Of a DNA stretch of 39,596 nucleotides, positions 35,775 through 39,596 are shown piece by piece. The DNA is from a virus. Lineage: Duplodnaviria > Caudoviricetes. Where the stretch lies: positions 1-39,596 of IMG/VR virus record IMGVR_UViG_3300032250_000450; one strand, written 5' to 3'. How positions within the stretch are numbered: the first letter of the stretch is position 1; each line of letters starts with the position of its first letter. Under the pieces are notes generated by a model. The model was given only the letters and a program-made list of their open reading frames with translations. It was not told the origin of the DNA and ran no database searches. Made by a program: the position numbers and the translations under genes.

Positions 35775-35825
35775 TAAATAAAGGTTTAGGTTTACCTTGG
35801 TTTGGCAAACCTAAACCTTTGTTTA
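35775..35825. terminator. 19-bp inverted repeat (terminator or processing hairpin)
   Basis: taaataaaggtttaggttt / aaacctaaacctttgttta. Confidence 0.55.
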
Positions 35826-35874
35826 GGGCTTTTATTTTATAGACTGGCTACTATCTATTGGTATAAAATTGGTT

Positions 35875-35945
35875 TGGTTGCGGCGGAAGGATTCGAACCT
35901 TCTAAGCGGAGCTTATGAGACTTGCTTCTACCCTGACTCACCGCG
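35875..35945 (-). tRNA. Atypical initiator-like tRNA-Met(CAT)
   Basis: CGCGGTG...CGCCGCA-ACCA (C1:A72), perfect T-arm, CTCATAA loop. D-arm is shortened and the anticodon stem is weak. Confidence 0.7.
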
Positions 35946-35950
35946 ATATT

Positions 35951-36112
35951 TTAGTAACAATTATTAAAAAGTTTACGATCTTGATAATTATGCCAAACGG
36001 CTTCTAATCGTTGAATATCTTTATAATCTTTTGGGTCTGCATCACAGATAAAGTCCTCTAGCGTATAGGGCTTAAACATATCCCTAACTCGCTGCATTAA
36101 ATCACTTAACAT
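35951..36112 (-). CDS. 53-aa protein, DUF3563-like (not in ORF track)
   Basis: MLSDLMQRVRDMFKPYTLEDFICDADPKDYKDIQRLEAVW...; resemblance is from motif recall only. Confidence 0.5.
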   Translation of the reverse strand: MLSDLMQRVRDMFKPYTLEDFICDADPKDYKDIQRLEAVWHNYQDRKLFNNCY

Positions 36113-36329
36113 CTTTGACAAACCCGTATAACTTACCAGCTTCTTTTAATACATCTTCAAAAGTGTACATTTTAGGAGCATAAGTTTGCCAGTCATCAGC
36201 TACTTTTTTACCTTCTTTTACAAGTTGTTCAAAAGTGCGTCCAGCAAAATCTAAGTTAATTTCTTGTTGTTTTTGCAAGTAATCTTGAGCCATTTTTAAC
36301 ATTTCGGCACGAATTTCAAAAGGATTCAT
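36102..36329 (-). CDS. Hypothetical protein (NPFEIR.E.LKMA motif)
   Basis: AAGGA RBS; ATGA overlap. Confidence 0.75.
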   Translation of the reverse strand: MNPFEIRAEMLKMAQDYLQKQQEINLDFAGRTFEQLVKEGKKVADDWQTYAPKMYTFEDVLKEAGKLYGFVKDVK

Positions 36330-36538
36330 TTTGAGTCCTTTGTATAAATTACTTTAGCTAAGTGGTCAAAGTAGTGTTTTGTTAAGTTAATAGAATTTTC
36401 AGCAACCATTTTAGCCCAAACTGATTGTGCATCAATAAATGAATTAGCTGCTTTATTTAGAGTTTCGTCAGTAATAACTTTATTAGTTAAACTACGTTTA
36501 ACACTCTGAAAAGAGTCGATGTAATATGATGGATTCAT
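36326..36538 (-). CDS. Phasin-like small amphipathic helical protein
   Basis: YIDSFQS.K....N......L......FIDAQ..WAK pattern; ACAAGGAAAC leader. Confidence 0.5.
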   Translation of the reverse strand: MNPSYYIDSFQSVKRSLTNKVITDETLNKAANSFIDAQSVWAKMVAENSINLTKHYFDHLAKVIYTKDSK

Positions 36539-36639
36539 ATTGTTTCCTTGTGTTGTGTGTGAAAAAATCCAGTACAGTTATAGCCATGAACTGGGTTGGG
36601 CAGGAAGGTTTTCTTGGGCTTCCTATGCCTGAGGGGTTA

Positions 36640-36972
36640 TTAGAGTGCTGAGATTTTTGTTAGCGTACTTACTTTGTGTCCAACAATAGTATCTGTTGGT
36701 TTGTATTTGCCGTCTGCATCTGGGCGGTAAACACGAATAAGTGCTCCTGGGTCTTCGGGTGTTCCAGTAATTTTAAAACTACTGTTAGGCACTTGTTCAC
36801 TACCATTGGTAATTACTTTAGTTACCTTTCCACGAGCAGTGCCACCACTGCTGCCCCAGCTAACTGAGTCTCCAGTTTTAACCGATTTAGCTTTTTCAAC
36901 TATTTGTTCTAGCTTTTCTGCAAAAGTTTCAAATAATTTTATAACTTTTGCATTAAGTTCTTGGCGGTTCAT
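36640..36972 (-). CDS. SH3/Tudor-like (DUF2945-like) domain protein
   Basis: VKTGDSVSWGSSGGTARGKV...GTPEDPGALI. Confidence 0.65.
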   Translation of the reverse strand: MNRQELNAKVIKLFETFAEKLEQIVEKAKSVKTGDSVSWGSSGGTARGKVTKVITNGSEQVPNSSFKITGTPEDPGALIRVYRPDADGKYKPTDTIVGHKVSTLTKISAL

Positions 36973-37175
36973 TCTGACTTGCCCAAGCGACCCATGTCGC
37001 CTTGGTGTGTAGTACTTTCGTCGCGAGCTACTACATTAACAGGATAAAGCTCAACGCTTCCAGGTGCTAAGTCACCTACATCTCGCCCTGTTTTAGGGTC
37101 TTTTATTTCTGCGTAGCCTTCGTCATAAGGCACACCAATAGCTGTTGGTTTAGCTTCCATAGATTTAATTTTCAT
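36969..37175 (-). CDS. Hypothetical protein
   Basis: AAGGA RBS; ATGA overlap. Confidence 0.65.
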   Translation of the reverse strand: MKIKSMEAKPTAIGVPYDEGYAEIKDPKTGRDVGDLAPGSVELYPVNVVARDESTTHQGDMGRLGKSE

Positions 37176-37183
37176 AAGAGTCC

Positions 37184-37471
37184 TTACTTATATTTAGGGT
37201 ACATACCTTTGCACATTGCACATTCGCAAGTAGGGCAGTGGTATGGATTTGTAGGCAGCATATCTTTTGCTTCTGGAATTGGGCCGTGTGGTCCAGGTGT
37301 AGGCTTGATAGCTGATAGTGGGGGTTTCTTTTTAGGTTTCATAGTCTCTTCCTTTGGATTATGAATATGGATAGCTGCAGCTGCAGCTTTACAAGCTTCT
37401 AAGGTATCAAACTGACAATTGCCATTTTCACCATACTTATACTTGCCATTTGCACATTTCATACAAGGCAT
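37184..37471 (-). CDS. Cys-rich hypothetical protein
   Basis: GAGG RBS; CxxC clusters at both ends with a Pro/Lys linker. Confidence 0.65.
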   Translation of the reverse strand: MPCMKCANGKYKYGENGNCQFDTLEACKAAAAAIHIHNPKEETMKPKKKPPLSAIKPTPGPHGPIPEAKDMLPTNPYHCPTCECAMCKGMYPKYK

Positions 37472-37472
37472 A

Positions 37473-37601
37473 TTAATCCTCTAGTTTGCGGTTTAATACA
37501 CCACGAAGTTGTTTGTGAGTCTTTTTATGCGCCCCACATTTACGCTTAATCATATGCACAACCATTAGGTTACGCATTTTGGGTAACTTTTTATTTTTCA
37601 T
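37473..37601 (-). CDS. 42-aa highly basic peptide (not in ORF track)
   Basis: MKNKKLPKMRNLMVVHMIKRKCGAHKKTHKQLRGVLNRKLED. Confidence 0.6.
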   Translation of the reverse strand: MKNKKLPKMRNLMVVHMIKRKCGAHKKTHKQLRGVLNRKLED

Positions 37602-37602
37602 A

Positions 37603-37793
37603 ATAATCCATTGTTGTGTTTATTGTTTACTGCAACCCCCGCTAAGAGGCAAGGTCTAGTTTATATAGTTAATTACGCTATCCTATTTAGACGCAGGAGT
37701 ATAGCATAAGCTTATCTAGAAAACTTATACACTTCTTTCCCCAATGTGCCACGACTGAACTGGCAACGAGCAATAAACACAGCAATGGATTAT
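37603..37793. ncRNA. ~190-nt structured element closed by a 25-bp stem
   Basis: Arms 37603-37627 and 37769-37793 pair at 23 of 25 positions; several internal hairpins; no plausible ORF. Confidence 0.6.
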
Positions 37794-38020
37794 GTTATAA
37801 GCACTGCCTGTGTTTTAGTGTGGTTTCTGAGTTCTTCGCGCTGAAAGTCGTGTACTACAATTTCATGCTTGCCGTACCACCAGTCTTCATTAACATCTAG
37901 TGCTACTTCATAACAAACTACGTGTGCTACAAAATCTACACCACCTTCATATCCTGCACGAATAACCTGCATTTCAGGATCGTGTTGTTGTAATTGTTTG
38001 ATTAAGTCTTTTATTTTCAT
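37790..38020 (-). CDS. Hypothetical protein
   Basis: MKIKDLIKQLQQHDPEM.V...GYEGG, a common phage small-protein N-terminus. Confidence 0.7.
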   Translation of the reverse strand: MKIKDLIKQLQQHDPEMQVIRAGYEGGVDFVAHVVCYEVALDVNEDWWYGKHEIVVHDFQREELRNHTKTQAVLIT

Positions 38021-38208
38021 GCTAGTCTGTCTAAGTGTAAGCCAACTGTTTTAGTTGGCTCTAATTCTGATAATTTGTTATAAAAATAATATTGAACATA
38101 TTCAACCTCAAACTTTTGAGTAACTGGGTCTAGTATGTTTTTAGTGATTACTAGCTTATCTAAGTTGTAATACTTGTCTAAGTCTGAGCTAACACTAGTA
38201 ATTATCAT
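38017..38208 (-). CDS. Hypothetical protein
   Basis: ATGA overlaps on both sides. Confidence 0.6.
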   Translation of the reverse strand: MIITSVSSDLDKYYNLDKLVITKNILDPVTQKFEVEYVQYYFYNKLSELEPTKTVGLHLDRLA

Positions 38209-38402
38209 TGCATTGCCTTGTATTCACGAATAGCTTCTGCATCTAAGCAAGCGTATACACGAAACTGATCACGACCAACACGATCATAAAGATCATGAGC
38301 CATTTGTTCTAGTCGTTCTAACTTTTCTATTGGTAAATGTTCGCAATTAATATAGCGACTCATAAACGCATCAATTAGAAAGTCTTTAGTATACCCAGCC
38401 AT
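38205..38402 (-). CDS. Hypothetical protein
   Basis: GGAG RBS; upstream promoter. Confidence 0.7.
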   Translation of the reverse strand: MAGYTKDFLIDAFMSRYINCEHLPIEKLERLEQMAHDLYDRVGRDQFRVYACLDAEAIREYKAMQ

Positions 38403-38423
38403 GTTTTCTCCAAAATAGTTTAT

Positions 38424-38452
38424 ATTATACTACAAATAGGTAAATAAATCAA
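38424..38452 (-). promoter_or_regulatory. sigma70 promoter
   Basis: TTGATT-17 nt-TATAAT. Confidence 0.65.
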
Positions 38453-38473
38453 GTCAACTTTTTAAGTGGTTTA

Positions 38474-38785
38474 TTAATCTTCAAGAAACGAATGTTCTGT
38501 GCCGTTTGGTATAGCTTCTGGCGTATCATCTATCCAAACATTAATATAAATACTACGCTGTAAACAGAACTGACGTTTTTGTTTGCCGCCAGTAAAAATG
38601 CAATTATGTGGTGATACAAACCTGCCAATGGAGTCTAATACTTCATTGACTTCATCTTCGTATTCTAAACCACGAGCAGTAACACAGTAAACTGTGTGAC
38701 CCGCTGCGTGAGCTGAACGAATAAACTCATTCCACAACTGTGGGTCACGAGTATAAGTATCGTCAAAGTCTATGCTAATATTCAT
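38474..38785 (-). CDS. Small HAD-superfamily phosphatase
   Basis: IDFDDT, VTAR, K and WIDD motifs. Confidence 0.8.
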   Translation of the reverse strand: MNISIDFDDTYTRDPQLWNEFIRSAHAAGHTVYCVTARGLEYEDEVNEVLDSIGRFVSPHNCIFTGGKQKRQFCLQRSIYINVWIDDTPEAIPNGTEHSFLED

Positions 38786-39594
38786 TTAGATTTCCAGTGG
38801 TTGTATAGTGCTTGTGAAGCTAAGTTTTTTTGTTTTGATTCGCACATAATATCTGCGTGCGGTAAAAATGTTATTGCCCAGCCGTTTACTGCTGAATTCC
38901 AGTAGTAGTCACTATGAGCACGTAACTTAGCACTAGTAAATTTCATAGACTTTAATTGTTGCAAGTCTGGTCGAATATAAGGATCATGGTCTACTATTAC
39001 ATCTTCGCGTGATACACTATAATGAATAGTAGGTCTAACACCTCGCCATGAATCTACAACACGCTTGAATCGTGGGTCACAAGGCGTAATATATTCGCCA
39101 CTATGAATCCAGTGGTGATGTATGTCAAGTACTAGTGCACAGTGATCTACTAGTTCTAAACTAGCGTCAAGACCCCAGGTAAACTCAGCGTTCTCGATGG
39201 TCAAACAGTTACGTGCTTCGGGACTAAGACGTTTAAGTGCACGCTTAATACCATCAGGGCCTTGCTTGCCACCGATGTGTACGTTACATTTAAAGTCTTG
39301 AAATTGTTTGCCATAGCCCATGTAACGAATAAGGTCAGCATGATACTCGAATTCTGTAATTGAATTTTCAACAACTTGTTCTTGTTCTGACGCAAGTACA
39401 CAAAACTGACCTGGGTGGAAACTGAGTTTAATATCTTGTTCACGAGCAAAGTCGCCGCACATCGCAAGATGAGCTTCGATTTTAGCAACTACATCTGGCT
39501 GGAAGTAAAACGGCATATAGTCGTCGTGCGTATATGCAGGCAGCAAATCACTAGTGATACGAAACATACGTTGTTCGGGTGGTTGCTTGGCAAC
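38782..39594 (-). CDS. uvsE: UV-damage endonuclease (UvsE/UvdE), 5'-truncated by window
   Basis: FRITSDLLP, SFHPGQF.VL, NVH.GG, TIEN, LDIHHH, HYS, AHSD and MCESKQKN. Frame stays open to the window end. Confidence 0.9.
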   Translation of the reverse strand, partial: VAKQPPEQRMFRITSDLLPAYTHDDYMPFYFQPDVVAKIEAHLAMCGDFAREQDIKLSFHPGQFCVLASEQEQVVENSITEFEYHADLIRYMGYGKQFQDFKCNVHIGGKQGPDGIKRALKRLSPEARNCLTIENAEFTWGLDASLELVDHCALVLDIHHHWIHSGEYITPCDPRFKRVVDSWRGVRPTIHYSVSREDVIVDHDPYIRPDLQQLKSMKFTSAKLRAHSDYYWNSAVNGWAITFLPHADIMCESKQKNLASQALYNHWKSK

Positions 39595-39596
39595 CC

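Overview
Segment of a lytic T5-like (Demerecviridae-type) dsDNA phage genome. The gene content suggests an aquatic phage of a Gram-negative host, plausibly a betaproteobacterium (inference). Positions 1-9932 (+) hold the end of the late region: a repeat-rich tail fibre with a C-terminal S74-type chaperone, i/o-spanins, a GH19 endolysin, six small membrane or secreted proteins, and phoH. A bidirectional terminator at about 9950 marks the switch to the minus strand. The minus strand carries a collagen/Gly-zipper cassette, class II RNR, dUTPase and the T5-syntenic replication block (D15, D14, D13, D12, D11, D10, PolA, primase, DnaB-like helicase, D5, split NAD+ ligase, PC4-like, D3). It then carries rubrerythrin-rubredoxin, a tRNA array and uvsE. 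The most striking locus is inside the tRNA array: a circularly permuted (two-piece) tmRNA encoding the tag ANDSQFALAA, directly upstream of a ClpP-family protease. Three spacers in this array are closed by perfect 12-18 bp stems that begin in the upstream CCA, and further candidate structured RNAs lie nearby. All calls come from manual reading; no database searches were run.
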